Origin: Raja brachyura
Taxonomy: Eukaryota
Reading direction: 5' to 3'
Assembly: GCA_963514005.1 (NCBI GenBank)
Contig: OY740818.1
Span: 17,608,001-17,672,000 of the forward strand
Length of the DNA: 64,000 nucleotides
Part shown: positions 1 to 12,897 of the stretch, in pieces
How the letters are laid out: each line of letters begins with the position of its first letter
Position numbering within the stretch: position 1 is the stretch's first letter
Notes under the pieces: model-generated
The model's database searches: none
Seen by the model: the letters and a program-made list of their open reading frames with translations, nothing else
Told to the model about the DNA's origin: nothing
Position numbers and translations under genes: made by a program

Positions 1-469
1 TTTTAATGCTTCCATGATTTACTAACAAACACACCATTCAGAATTAACTAGATGCGGCTTTCTAAACGTAAGATCTTCAGGGTGTTTTACACCGGAATTA
101 ATTAATAAGTACCTTGAGTCTTTGTCAACTTCTTTCAGTCAAGGGAATTGCACTGAAATAATGGGTGTAAACGTGGACATTTTTGGGAACGTCTCGAAAT
201 CCCCAAATTGTTGTCGGTTTCATTGGGCAGTGCCTGCAAATAGTTGTGGCACTGGCAAAATCTGAATTGGATCATTTCAATGCACGGCTGGTGGCTGTTG
301 TTTGCGGACGTCGACCTTTCATTAAAACATACTTCAGATTGCTGAGGAGAAGATATAGAATGGGACCTGAGGAGGTTGAATAACACAAGTAATGCTCGCT
401 GAGAGTGGGTAATGAATGCTTGTTAATCACAGCTGACGTGTCTGGAGATGATGCAATGGTGGCATAAAT

Positions 470-1210
470 GGTGGCCGATTAGGAAAAGGGGAGATGCAGC
501 GCGACCTGGGTGTCATGGTACACCAGTCATTGAAAGTAGGCATGCAGGTGCAGCAGGCTGTGAAGAAAGCGAATGGTATGTTAGCTTTCATAGCAAAAGG
601 ATTTGAGTATAGGAGCAGGGAGGTTCTACTTCAGTTGTATAGGGTCTTGGTGAGACCACACCTGGAGTATTGCGTACAGTTCTGGTCTCCAAATCTGAGG
701 AAGGACATTATTGCCATAGAAGGAGTGCAGAGAAGGTTCACCAGACTGATTCCTGGGATGTCAGGACTGTCTTATGAACAAAGACTGCATTGACTCGGTT
801 TATACTCTCTAGAATTTAGGAGATTGAGAGGGGATCTTATAGAAACTTACAAAATTCTTAAGGGGTTGGACAGGCTAGATGCAGGAAGATTGTTCCCGAT
901 GTTGGGGAGGTCCAGGACAAGGGGTCACAGCTTAAGGATAAGGGGGGAATCCTTTAGGACCGAGATGAGAAGGACTTTTTTCACACACAGAGTGGTGGGT
1001 CTCTGGAACTCTCTGCCACAGAGGGTAGTTGAGGCCAGTTCATTGGCTATATTTAAGAGGGAGTTAGATGTGGCCCTTGTGGCTAAGGGGATCAGAGGGT
1101 ATGGGGAGAAGGCAGGTACGGGATACTGAGTTGGATGATCAGCCATGATCATATTGAATGGCGGTGCAGGCTCGAAGGGCCGAATGGCCTACTCCTGCAC
1201 CTAATTTCTT
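470..1210 (+). mobile_element. 5'-truncated CR1 (HER1-like) LINE
   Basis: RT C-terminus QRDLGV...LVRPHLEYCVQFWSP...[10 protein letters not shown], in-frame stop at 791, conserved 3' UTR. Confidence 0.92.
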
Positions 1211-1892
1211 TGTTACTAGGATGGAAGAAAAAAAAAACAAGTGGATTGCGAAAAAATAAGGGAAATGATTCAATGTTGTCAACTGCAAATACAGAAGCAA
1301 ACTGCTGACAAATTGAATTAAAAAAAAAATATATTAGAAATTCTCAGCAGGCCAGACAACAACTGTGAAACAGAGTTAAAAAACAGCTAATCTAATATGT
1401 ATCTAAAGTGCTGGTGTATAGTGATACTCATGCTGAACTACATACAAGAAATAATTTCACTGCATTGGTAGATGTGACAATGAAATACCATTAATATTTC
1501 AGTTTGATGAAGGGCATGAGGTCATAAGTAATAGGAGCAGAATTAGGCCATTCGGCCCATCAAGTCTTCTAGGCCATTCAATCATGTCTGAAATATCTCT
1601 CCCCCCTCATCCCATTCACCTGCCTACTCCCCATAACCCCTGACACCCATACTAATCAATAATCTATCAATCTCTACTTTTAAAAATATCCATTGACTTG
1701 GCCTCCACTTTGTACAATATTTGTTAATTAAAGTGCTCTCGGACCAAACTGGCAACGTGCTCTCTCTCTCTCCCAACCCTCTCTGGTGGGTTCCATGTAC
1801 TTTGAACACGCCCCAACTATGTACAGTAGCACTGTTTTTGGTAGCGGTACATAACACATCTCCACTGTAGGAAGGCATTATTATCTTTCTGT

Positions 1893-2208
1893 AATGATCC
1901 AGAACCAGGGGCCACAGTCTTGGAATAAAGGGGAGGCCATTTAAGACTGAGGTGAGAAAAAACGTTTTCACCCAGAGAGTTGTGAATGTGTGGAATTCCC
2001 TGCCACAGAGGGCAGTGGAGGCCAAGTCACTGGATGGATTTAAGAGAGAGTTAGACAGAGCTCTAGAGGCTGGTGGAATCAAGGGATATGGGGAGAAGGC
2101 AGGCACGGGTTATTGATTGGGGATGATCAGCCATGATCACAATGAATGGCGGTGCTGGCTCGAAGGGCCAAATGGCCACGTCCTGTGCCTATTTTCTATG
2201 TTTCTATG
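1893..2208 (+). mobile_element. CR1 LINE 3' fragment
   Basis: RTRGHSL...FFTQRVVNVWNSLP, 3' UTR and TTCTATGT tail. Confidence 0.85.
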
Positions 2209-3121
2209 ATCAGCTGCCTGGAGAAAGGAATGAGTGGATGGAAATATGTTGTGAGATTATTAAATGCAATATTTATAGAAATATGTAAAAGAGTGTAGAT
2301 GTACGCCCACGTTATCTCTGCCTGTCCACAAACTTGGAGCAAAACACAACATTATGTTGATTATTGGGGGGGGGGGGGGGGAAGCAATGATGTGAAAGGA
2401 TGACACATTAAATGCAAGTTTTTTATAAAAGCAGGAAGGACAATATTGTTGTCACAACACAGAGTTGGTTTAAAGTACAGCTTTTGTCACACGAGCCGAA
2501 ATCACTTACTGTAAGAATCTCTAAGACTAAATTAATCCGGTTGTCAGGCTGCACATTACAAAGCATCTTGTCACCGCTGTCAAGTCTTGAGGTTTCCTTT
2601 CAAGGGGAAAGCATGGTGGGCCACAGGAGCTGTACATAAGCTGCCAGTGCTTGAGCTCTGTGCACCATCATCCCCTGGCGAGCTGCAATTACTGGAGCAG
2701 ACACACTTTGACATCAGAATGTGAAATTAGTCTTATAAAGGAAAAATGTTAAAGTACCACGTTCTGCCTTTTGAGCACATTTGGCAAAATAACAGAAAAT
2801 AACTGATTTTTTTGCAGGAATGGAAATTAAATTATGAACTTGCTGGTGGAATTATCACAAGCTTCTTCCACTGCTGAAATGCTTGTTCTGAAGAGCAAAT
2901 AACATCTCTGTACACTCTGTACCCAGTCTGAACCCGAAACGTCTCGACCCGAAACGTCGCCCATTCCTTCCCTCCAGAGATTCTGCCTGTCCCGCTGAGT
3001 TACTCCAGCTTTTTTGTGTCCATCTCCGTATCAGCAACAGGGATGATCAAGGGCATTCTCACTACAAGCCCACTCCCTTCTCTAAGACTTGGTCCTTTTT
3101 AAAAAACATGTTCTCAGATGA

Positions 3122-4175
3122 GTTAAAGAAGGAACTGCAGAAGCTGGAGAATCGAGGGTTACACAAAAGGCTGGAGAAACTCAGCGGGTGCAGCAGCATC
3201 TAAGGAGCGAAGGAGATGGGCGATGTTTCGGGTCGAGACCCTTCTTCAGATGATAAAGGAAACAGGCCATTGTAAGCTGTTTGTAGTGTGAAAATGAGAA
3301 GCTAGTGCGACTTGGGTGGGGGAGAGATAAAGAAAGAGGGAATGCCAGGGCCTGAGGGCTGAGGGAGAGGTGGGAAGGGGAGGAGGCAGCAAGGATTAAC
3401 AGAATTGAGAAAATTCAATATTTAAGCCCAGAGGATGCAGACTCCCCAAGCGGAATATGAGGTGCTGTTCCTCCAACTTGCGGTGTTGCTCACTCTGGCC
3501 ATGGAGGAGGCCCAGGACCAAGAGGTCGGATACAGAATGGGAGGGGGAGTTGAAGTGCTGAGCCACCGGGAAGTCGGGTTGGTTATTGCGGACCGAGTGG
3601 AGGTGTTCGGCGAAACGATCGCCAAGCCTCCGCTTGGTCTCACCGATATAGATCAGCTGGAGCAACGGATGCAGTAGATGAGGTTGGAGGAGGTGCAGGT
3701 GAACCTCTGTCAGACCTGGAAGGACTGCTTGGGTCCCTGAAAGGAGTGGAGGTGGGAGGTGGAGGTGGGAGGTGAAGGGACAAGTGTAGCATCTCTTGCG
3801 GTTGCAAGGGAAAGTGCCCGGGGAAGGGGTGGAGCGGGAGGGAAGGGAAGAATTGACAAGGGAGTTGCGGAGGGAGCGGTCTTTGTGGAAGGCAGACGGG
3901 GGGAGATGGGAAGATGTGGCGAGTGGTGGGGTCACGTTGGAGGTGGCGAAACTGGACTATGTGTTGTTTGTGCCGGCTGGTGGGGTGAAAGGTGAGGACC
4001 AGGGGGACTCTGCCCTTGTTGCGAGTGGGGGAATGGGGAGAGAGGGCAGTGTTGCGGGGTATGGAGGAGACCCTGGTGCGAGCCTCATCTATAGTGGGGG
4101 GAGGGGAATCCCCGTTCTCTGAAGAATTAGGACATATTTGATGACCTGGTGTGGAACACCTCATCCTGGGAGCAC
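3122..4175 (-). mobile_element. Penelope-like element (GIY-YIG endonuclease region, frameshifted, plus pLTR)
   Basis: PCNRKRCYTCP, IYIGETKRRLGDRFAEH, VAQHFN, EQHLIFRLGSLHPLGLN motifs; 13-bp TSD TGTTCTCAGATGA at 3109-3121 and 4176-4188. Confidence 0.88.
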
Positions 4176-4197
4176 TGTTCTCAGATGATGCTGGTAA

Positions 4198-4865
4198 AGG
4201 GGCTGTCCCACTGTATGAGTTCATTCAAGAGTTCTCCCGAGTTTCATAGAAACATAGAACATAGAAAAATAGGTGCTGGAGTAGGCCATTCGGCCCTTCG
4301 AGCCTGCACCGCCATTCAATATGATCATGGCTGATCATCCAACTCAGTATCCCATACCTGCCTTCTCTCCATACCCCCTGATCCCTTTAGCCACAAGGAC
4401 CACATCAATGAACTGGCCTCAACGACCCTCTGTGGCAGATAATTCAAGAGACTCACCACTCTCTATGTAAAGAATGTTTTCCTCATCTCGGTCCTAAAGG
4501 AACTCCCCCTTATCCTTAGACTGTGACCCCTTGTTCTGGACTCCCCCCAACATCGGGAACAATCTTCCTGCATCTAGCCTGTTCAACCCCTTTCCCCTAA
4601 TACGAACTCGGAGAATTACGGTAATAGCCGCTCGTGGGTACTCGGGGCTCTCGTGGACATTTTTCAACATGTTGAAAAATCTTCATGAGTTTTCACGACC
4701 TTACCACGTTTCCCGAGTACCTGCTGTTAGCGTTACGAGCCACTAAGAGACGTCCTGAGCTCCGACCTACCCGCTACGTACATTCTACGTGCTTACCACA
4801 AGTTAGGTTGGTTTTTTTAAACTCGGGAGAGCTGTTGAATTACCTCGTACAGTGAGACATGCCCT
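4198..4865. mobile_element. PIF/Harbinger-type MITE with nested antisense CR1 fragment (4245-4590)
   Basis: TIR AGGGGCTGTCCCACTGTA, TAA TSD on both sides. Confidence 0.8.
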
Positions 4866-5482
4866 TAAGATCTGTTTCTCTGGTCGGTAAATTAATTTTA
4901 ATTTCAAGATAAGTCCATGAGTTCTAGGAGCAGAATTAGGCCATTCAGCCCACCAAGTTGCCTCTGCCATTCAATCATGGCTGATCTCGCTCTCCCCCTC
5001 AACCCCTTTCCTGCCTTTTGCCCATAACCCCTGACGCCACAGAGGGATCTGTTACAGCACCCACTCCCACCAATGGCGCTGAAACGTCCTCGATTTAAGA
5101 GAGATCTTCTGGGACATGCAGTGGAACCTGCCCGAAGGCTTGTCGGTCGGCAGAACCAGGAGGGGGACTTGATGGGGTGAATGGCCTAATTCTGCCTCTA
5201 TCACTTATGAACTTGGGTCAGGAAGCTAAGACGTGCCCAAGAGCCAACAGCCACTATGCTGGACGTACTGAGCACTTCCAGCATTTCTATTGCTGTTTCA
5301 CATCCTAACATCTGTAGTTCAACTTGGTTCCTGTTGGACTCTGTGTGGGGTTTGCCAACATTTCCTGTGTCCTGGAAGTGCAGTCAGCCATTAACCCACA
5401 CTTGCATCCTCGTCAATGGCAAAGGTCTTGAATTTCTTCAATATACCATGTCCTGAATCCTCACCCCAACCCCTAAATCTAA

Positions 5483-5771
5483 AGCCCACGGTGCGAGTTT
5501 ACCCAAGAGCTCTCCCGAGTTTAAAAAAAACTCAAAGTCGTGGTAAGTGCTTAGAATGTACGTAGCGGGTACATCGGAGCTCGTGGATGTCTCATTGCGG
5601 CTCGTAAAGCTAACGGCAGGTACTCGGGAAACGCAGAAACTCGTGAAGTTTTTTTCAACCGTGTGAAAAATTTCCAAGAGTAAAAAAATACTCGTTTTGA
5701 AGTACCACGAGTTTGATTTTTTTTTAACTCGGGAGAACTCTTGGGTAAACGCGCATCGTGGAACGTTGGCT
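5483..5771. mobile_element. Related Harbinger-type MITE variant
   Basis: Long subterminal inverted repeats (GAGTTTACCCAAGAG.TCTCCCGAG), TAA flanks. Confidence 0.7.
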
Positions 5772-6279
5772 TAAGTCCTCTTGTGTTATCTGCATCCGAT
5801 CTGGAAGAAAAATCCTGCAAACGCCCCATCATTTTATACACCTCAATCGTGTCCCATCTTCACCTCTTCCATTCAGGGATATCTTGTTGAAAGGACACGC
5901 ATGTCCCTTTGAAGGTAGACAAAAATGCTGGAGAAACTCAGCGAGTTAGGCAGCATCTATGGAGTGAAGGAATGGGTGACGTTTCGGGTCGAGACCCTTC
6001 TTATGCATGTCCCTTTGAGTAATTTGAAACTCTCTTCTCTCTTCCTGCATCCTCTTATCTCCTCTATGGCTCCCATAGTGTGTGTATCCGTTTACCGTGG
6101 CTGGAGTGCCTTCAAAGGTCAAAGTGCTGGAGGAACTCAGCTGGTCAGACAATGTCTGTGGAGGAAACGGACAGATGATGTTTCTTATGGAATATAGTAA
6201 CTCGGCAGGTCATGCAGCATCTCTGGAGAAAAGGAATGGGTGACGTTTCAGGTCGAGACCCAGATGATGTTTTGAGTAA

Positions 6280-6785
6280 TATTAAAATTTTGGAAAGGCT
6301 CTATAACCCCCACAATTAAAATGTGGACCACAGAAATGTCGGAGACCCTATATTTGGAAAGAATAGAATTTGTCTTAATGGACAAACAAGAACTATTTAA
6401 AAAAACATGCTCCCCATTTATTGAATATTTGAAGGGGCAAACTGGTTCGGCACGAGAACCCGACTGAAACCGGAATCAAAGAATAGATGAAGTAGTACAT
6501 TTCATAAAACGCGGATATATCTCCAACCTTGTAAAATCTGTAGAATATTCTTTCCCAACTTTTTATATATATATATATATATTTTTTAAAATCTTTTTCT
6601 ACTATTTTCTACCTTTATAAAAAATGGGGGGAAAAAATATAGCAGCACAATTATTAAGCAAGGATAAACATAAATAATACCGATTATGTATATCTACAAA
6701 GAACAAAATGATTTTTATTATGTCAACAATGAACACGTATCTTTTTTAAAATTATGTAATTGCTTCTAACTAATAAAAAAAACTT
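6280..6785 (+). mobile_element. L1/Tx1-like 3' end inserted in a Penelope repeat
   Basis: WKGSITPTIKMWTTEMSETLYLERI L1-type ORF2 end; AATAAA-like/polyA tail; CAGATGATGTTTTGAGT duplicated on both sides. Confidence 0.65.
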
Positions 6786-7189
6786 AACAGATGATGTTTT
6801 GAGTCGGGGAACCTTCTTCAAACTGCATTGGTGAAGACGGGTCCCAACCTAAAACAACGTCCGTCCATTCCCTCCACTGATATTGCCTGACCTGTTGAGT
6901 TCCTCCAGCACTTTGCATTTTGCTCAAGATTTCATGTATCTGGCGTTCCTTCCGACTTTAAAGATGATGCCTTTTTCTGGTAATCCATGGCAAAAATCAG
7001 GAGATAGATTCACACAGCATGGAAACAGACCATTGGCACACCACCTTGTCTCTGACCATTCCCAACTTCCATTTTATTCTCTCCACATTCACAGCAATCC
7101 CAGCCAAGTGCACAAGCTTCACTGATACCTCCATGCTTCACCTCCTTTATCAGTGGGCAGAATATCCTCGTTGTCAATGACTCGCTGGA

Positions 7190-8025
7190 GTATTCACTGG
7201 AGTTTAGAAGGATGAGGGGGGATCTTATGGAAACACATACAATTATAAAAGGACTGGACAAGCTCGATGCAGGAACAATGTTCCCAATGTTTTGTTTTTT
7301 TTAATTGATTTTATTAGAAGCAATTGTACAAGGATAAGGCGATAGACATAACAGTTATACAATTATTGTACAGCATTTTTAACGTTAGAACCTAAATTTT
7401 TTTTTAATTTAAAAAATGAAAAAGAGAGAAAAAAGAAGAGAATGAAGAAAGAGATGTAAAATGAGAGAAAGCGAGAAAACGACCCCTAAGCTGCCAAAGA
7501 AATGCAAGAGAAAAGAAAAGAAATAATAACAAAAAAAGATGTTCCCCCCCTTATTAGCGATTGGTAAAAGGAGAGAGAAATTTCTCAGTTTGAGGTTTGA
7601 TTTCAACTGTTTCCAAATGCGTAGGGGGACTGTATTAATGGATTTTGCTCACACATTGATTTATTCAGATGTGTTGGAGAAAGAAGAATCGCGCATAAAA
7701 ATGTTCCCAACGTTGGGCGAGTCCAGAACCAGGGGCCACTGTCTTAGAATAAAGGGGAGGCCATTTAAGACTGAGGTGAGAAAACACTTTTTCACCCAGA
7801 GAGTTGTGAATGTGTGGAATTCCCTGCCACAGAGGGCAGTGGAGGCCAAATCACTGGATGGATTTAAGAGAGAGTTAGATAGAGCTCCACGGGCTGGTGG
7901 AGTCAAGGGATACGGGGAGAAGGCAGGCACGGGTTATTGATTGGGGACGATCAACCATGATCACAATGAATGGCGGTGCTGGCTCGATGGGCCGAATGGC
8001 CTCCTCCTGCACCTATTTTCTATGT
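7190..8025 (+). mobile_element. CR1 fragment interrupted by an antisense L1-like 3' end (7289-7699)
   Basis: CR1 ORF split at AATGTTCCCAA, which is duplicated on both sides of the insert (TSD). Confidence 0.75.
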
Positions 8026-8877
8026 TGCTATGACTTCAAGAAGTTAAATTTGAGGTCTTGGTGTTTATTCGCACAAAGAAATGGAATCAAACTTGAAGGG
8101 AAAGGTTTCTTTATCCACACACGACAAAAGATGTGGTCTCGAGCAGTGATGTAGAGCAATACCTGCAGTTTTCCAGCAGGTAAGCGAAGAAATTCAGCCA
8201 AAGGCGATCGTTTGGTCTTGAAACCGTTGGCTGGTCTGGAACTGTGACTGGGAAAAGTTAACACTGAAAACGAAAATTGACTGTTTGAAGGGAGAAAGCT
8301 TCCATTCCCTCTGGCTTGAGTGGTCTTTCCTTCTTGCAAGTGCGGACGTCTTTGTGTGTTCTGCAGAATGGCAATTTATCTCCCCGCTTTCTGACAGTCC
8401 GAGGAACTTCTCTGTCTCCCTTTCTGCCGACTAAAAGGCTCTTGTCCCACTTCAGCAGACGGAGCCTGACTCGCTAAGTGCGCGCTCTTTCCAACTGGCC
8501 ATATTCTTCCTCGCGCTGCCACTCACTAATCGAATGACTCCAGTAATTATTAATACGGCTGGGTGTCTCCGAGTGGGACTGACCACTAATCACGCTAATC
8601 GCTTCCACCGTCAGGGCAGAGTTGAAACTCCATCAACATTTTCTAATTATGAAACCCGTGCTTCGTGCAGACATGCAGCCCACTCAAGTGGTGTCCAATT
8701 CATTATTTCCTCAAGTCTGATCAAATGGACTGAAATGTCAAAGCAAAGACTACAAGTTCAGGGAGAAAGATATTTGGCTTCCCGAAATATTACCTCTGGG
8801 AAAATAATCATTTCTAGAAAAAGAAAAGACTAGTAAAATCTTCATTTGTTTCTTCCCATAATGTCATAATAAATTAC

Positions 8878-10720
8878 CTCCCCCCCCCTCTTGTCCCCCC
8901 CTCTTGTCCCCCCCTCTTGTCCCCCCCTCTTGTCCCCCCCTCTTGTCCCCCCCTCTTGTCCCCCCCTCTTGTCCCCCCCCTCTTGTCCCCCCCTCTTGTC
9001 CCCCCCTCTTGTCCCCCCCTCTTGTCCCCCCCTCTTGTCCCCCCCTCTTGTCCCCCCCTCTTGTCCCCCCCTCTTGTCCCCCCCTCTTGTCCCCCCCTCT
9101 TGTCCCCCCCTCTTGTCCCCCCCCCTCTTGTCCCCCCCCCTCTTGTCCCCCCCCTCTTGTCCCCCCCCTCTTGTCCCCCCCCTCTTGTCCCCCCCCCTCT
9201 TGTCCCCCCCCTCTTGTCCCCCCCCTCTTGTCCCCCCCCTCTTGTCCCCCCCCTCTTGTCCCCCCCCTCTTGTTCCCCCCCCTTGTTCCCCCCCCTTGTC
9301 CCCCCCCCTTGTCCCCCCCCTCTTGTCCCCCCCCTCTTGTCCCCCCCCTCTTGTCCCCCCCCTCTTGTCCCCCCCCTCTTGTCCCCCCCCTCTTGTCCCC
9401 CCCCTCTTGTCCCCCCCCTCTTGTCCCCCCCCTCTTGTCCCCCCCCTCTTGTCCCCCCCCTCTTGTCCCCCCCCTCTTGTCCCCCCCCTCTTGTCCCCCC
9501 CCTCTTGTCCCCCCCTCTTGTCCCCCCCTCTTGTCCCCCCCTCTTGTCCCCCCCCTCTTGTCCCCCCCCTCTTGTCCCCCCCCTCTTGTCCCCCCCCCTC
9601 TTGTCCCCCCCCCTCTTGTCCCCCCCCCTCTTGTCCCCCCCCCTCTTGTCCCCCCCCCTCTTGTTCCCCCCCCTCTTGTTCTCCCCCCTCTTGTCCCCCC
9701 CCTCTTGTCCCCCCCCTCTTGTCCCCCCCCCTCTTGTCCCCCCCCCTCTTGTCCCCCCCCCTCTTGTCCCCCCCCCTCTTGTCCCCCCCCCTCTTGTCCC
9801 CCCCCTCTTGTCCCCCCCCTCTTGTCCCCCCCCCTCTTGTCCCCCCCCCTCTTGTCCCCCCCCCTCTTGTCCCCCCCCCTCTTGTCCCCCCCCCTCTTGT
9901 CCCCCCCCTCTTGTCCCCCCCCTCTTGTCCCCCCCCCTCTTGTGTCCCCCCCTCTTGTGTCCCCCCCTCTTGTGTCCCCCCCTCTTGTCCCCCCCTCTTG
10001 TCCCCCCCCCTCTTGTCCCCCCCCCTCTTGTCCCCCCCCCCTCTTGTCCCCCCCCCTTTGTCCCCCCCCTCTTGTCCCCCCCCTCTTGTCCCCCCCCTCT
10101 TGTCCCCCCCCCTCTTGTCCCCCCCCCTCTTGTCCCCCCCCCTCTTGTCCCCCCCCCTCTTGTCCCCCCCCCCTCTTGTCCCCCCCCCCTCTTGTCCCCC
10201 CCCCTCTTGTCCCCCCCCCTCTTGTCCCCCCCCCTCTTGTCCCCCCCCCTCTTGTCCCCCCCCCTCTTGTCCCCCCCCCTCTTGTCCCCCCCCCTCTTGT
10301 CCCCCCCCCTCTTGTCCCCCCCCCTCTTGTCCCCCCCCCTCTTGTCCCCCCCCCTCTTGTCCCCCCCCCTCTTGTCCCCCCCCCTCTTGTCCCCCCCCCT
10401 CTTGTCCCCCCCCTCTTGTCCCCCCCCTCTTGTCCCCCCCCCTCTTGTCCCCCCCCCTCTTGTCCCCCCCCCTCTTGTCCCCCCCCCTCTTGTCCCCCCC
10501 CCTCTTGTCCCCCCCCCTTGTCCCCCCCCCTTGTCCCCCCCCCTTGTCCCCCCCCCCCCTTGTCCCCCCCCCCCCCTTGTCCCCCCCCCCTTGTCCCCCC
10601 CCCCTTGTCCCCCCCCCCCCTTGTCCCCCCCCTCTTGTCCCCCCCCCCTCTCTCCCCCCCCCCTCTCCCCCCCCCCTCTCCCCCCCCCCCTCTCTCCCCC
10701 CCCCCTCTCCCCCCCCCCCA
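8878..10720. repeat. C-rich tandem array, unit TCTTGT(C)n of about 13-16 bp
   Basis: About 1.8 kb of direct repeats with variable C-run length. Confidence 0.97.
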
Positions 10721-10981
10721 TCATCCAGGGAGAGAGTTAAACAAAAAGGACCCAGAGGACTCTGGTTCATTGACAGACATGGCTGCAAAGGCTCTATTGG
10801 AAGTCAATGATTCTCACTCGGACAGTGGACACGGGTTGTACCTTGGACAGACACAAAATGTTGGAGTAACTCAGCGGGACAGTCTGAAGAAGGGTCTCAA
10901 CCCAGAAAGTCACCCATTCCTTCTCTCCAGAGATGCTGCCTGTCCCGCTGAGTTATTCCAGCATTTTGTGTCTATCTTCAG

Positions 10982-11260
10982 TCTTCTCTTCGTGTGAATG
11001 AGACATAAATAAACCAAAGAAATAGTTAGATGTCAAGCCGGGTGTTGAGCAGCCAGGTTGTTGTCTCAGCGTCAATGTCTGCCAGGCCCTGAGCTCCATT
11101 TGGTGGGTGGTAGAGCGGGCACCCAGAGATGGCATGGTTGGCTGTCTGTTGTTCTGCTCCACATTCACAGGCTGGGCTGTGGCGGAGGGAGTCCCCATCT
11201 CCACACGCTGGCATCGAAACGCCCAACTCCCGTACCAAGTCTGTTGAGCTTCACCCATAC
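10982..11260 (-). mobile_element. 3' end of a second Vingi/Ingi-like LINE subfamily
   Basis: SPACECGAEQQTANHAISGCPLY...WLLNTRLDI* zinc-finger C-terminus; tail CACACGAAGAGAAGA. Confidence 0.7.
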
Positions 11261-11680
11261 CCTGGAGAGGTCAGACCTAGGACAGCTTTTATCTGGTGAA
11301 GAGATGCATCCTCAGTGTACACCAGCATCTGCAGTTTCTTCCTGCACAAGTTGTACCTTGTTTGATTTGATATTTCCTCTCATTTTATAATGCAGAAAGA
11401 GGCCATTCAGCCTGCGATGTGAGTGCTGGCTCCTTGATAGAGCTGCACAAATGATCACAATCCTTATTCTATTTCCCACAGCTCCGCATCTGTTTCTCTG
11501 GCTTCGGGGCAGAACAGACTGGCTTGTTAATGCTTCCAGCTCTGGGAATGCTTAGTTTAAATTTAAACACTAGATATGTAATTATGGTTTACTCATAAAT
11601 TGTCTTTGATTGGTTTGAGAGGCATCGTAGATCGTCATTTGATCTGAAGGACAGCTGCTCTCTCTCCCTAAAGGCAGATG

Positions 11681-11993
11681 TCCACGGTGGCCCAGCGGTA
11701 GAGTCGCTGCCATACAGCGAACGCAGCGCCGGAGACCCGGGTTCGATCCCGACTACGGGTGCTGTCTGTACGGAGTTTGTACGTTCTCCCCGTGACCTGC
11801 GTGGGTTTTGTCCCAGATCTTTGGTTTCCTCCCACTCTCCAAAGGTGTACAGGTTTGTAGGTTAATTGGCTTGGTAAATGTAAACATTGAGCCTGGTGGG
11901 CGTAGGATAGTGTTAATGTGCGGGGATCGCTGGTAGGCGCGGACACGGTGGGCCGAAGGGCCTGTTTCCATGCTGTTTCTCTAAACTGAACTA
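11681..11993 (+). mobile_element. tRNA-derived V-SINE (HE1-like); other copies at about 19144-19760, 21525-21815(-), 39438-39725, 41748-42006, 50735-51033, 54836-55097, 63610-63680
   Basis: A box (GGTGGCCCAGCGGTAGAG), B box (GGTTCGATCCC), V-domain (GGTTTCCTCCCAC), CR1-like tail and (CTAAA)n. Confidence 0.88.
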
Positions 11994-12149
11994 AAGGGTT
12001 ACACAAAAAGCTGGAGAAACTCAGCGGGTGCAGCAGCATCTAAGGAGTGAAGGAGATAGGCGACGTTTCGGGTCGAGAACCTTCTTCAGACTGAACTTAA
12101 GGCCATTTGTAACTCTGTTTAGCTATCCGTAGTCCCCTGTGGACCACAG

Positions 12150-12840
12150 CTGCCCCTGCAGCCTGTCTGTCTTTTAAATGTTTTTTTGTCTAGTTTAATG
12201 TCGTTTGTTGTGTTATTTTTATTGTTTTTAACTGTTTATGTGTGGGGGGGGGGGCTTTTAAATCTCTTCCCTGCATGGGTGACCCGACCTTTCTCCTGTC
12301 GGGTCTCCGTTGTCGTTGGGGCCTAGCACCGTGGAGCGGCCTCCAGCCGGAACGACCTGGGGGCTCCAGTCACGGAGCTGCGGACGCACTATCTCGGCCT
12401 CGGAGCGTGGGGAGCGGTGGTGGCTCGCTGCTGCGGCCCGACTCCAGAGCTCGGAGGCTCCAGCCGCAGGTCCGGTGGACGGAGACATCGGGAGCTCGCG
12501 GGTCCTGGTGGGAGTGGCTTTTCGGAGCTCCCGCAACGCAACTTCTCCCACCCGTGTCGCGTGGTTAGAATGACCCGGAGCGGGGCCCTACATTGCCCAG
12601 CGTAGCCTCAACGGCCATGGGACATGCCAACGCCCGCCTGGGGGCTTTAACATTGGGAGAAAAATGGAACACAGGGGAAAGAAAAGACTTTGCCTTCCAT
12701 CACAGTGAGGAGGAGATTCACTCTGATGGGTGTTTGTGTGAATTGAGTTGTCTGTGTGTCGTGTAGAAGTTGTTTCTTTTTGTATGGCTGTAGCAACAGA
12801 GTTTCGTTTGAGCCTCATTGAGGTTCAAATGACAATGAAT
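12150..12840 (+). mobile_element. GC-rich non-coding interspersed repeat family (other copies 17890-18631 minus, 35750-36460 plus, 54070-54615 minus)
   Basis: Shared blocks AAATCTCTTCC, GGCCTA..A.CGTGGAGC, GACTTT.GCCTTCCATCACAGTGAGGA and a 3' ATGACAAT end; probably a non-autonomous LINE derivative. Confidence 0.65.
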
Positions 12841-12897
12841 AAATATTATATATTGTAACAACATTTCCTTGGAAACCCTTCAAGAAAACCCTTGCTT

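Noticed and set aside
135-386. 83-aa minus-strand ORF as a coding exon
   Set aside because: No recognisable protein similarity; kept only as a possible non-coding exon
494-1129. Recurrent ORFs ending [10 protein letters not shown] and their antisense ORFs
   Set aside because: 5'-truncated CR1 RT fragments, not host genes
8842-10997. 600-700 aa Pro- or Gly-rich ORFs in five frames
   Set aside because: Translation of a stop-free tandem array; no splice or homology support
11683-11752. tRNA-like sequence with A/B boxes
   Set aside because: Head of a V-SINE; no intact cloverleaf
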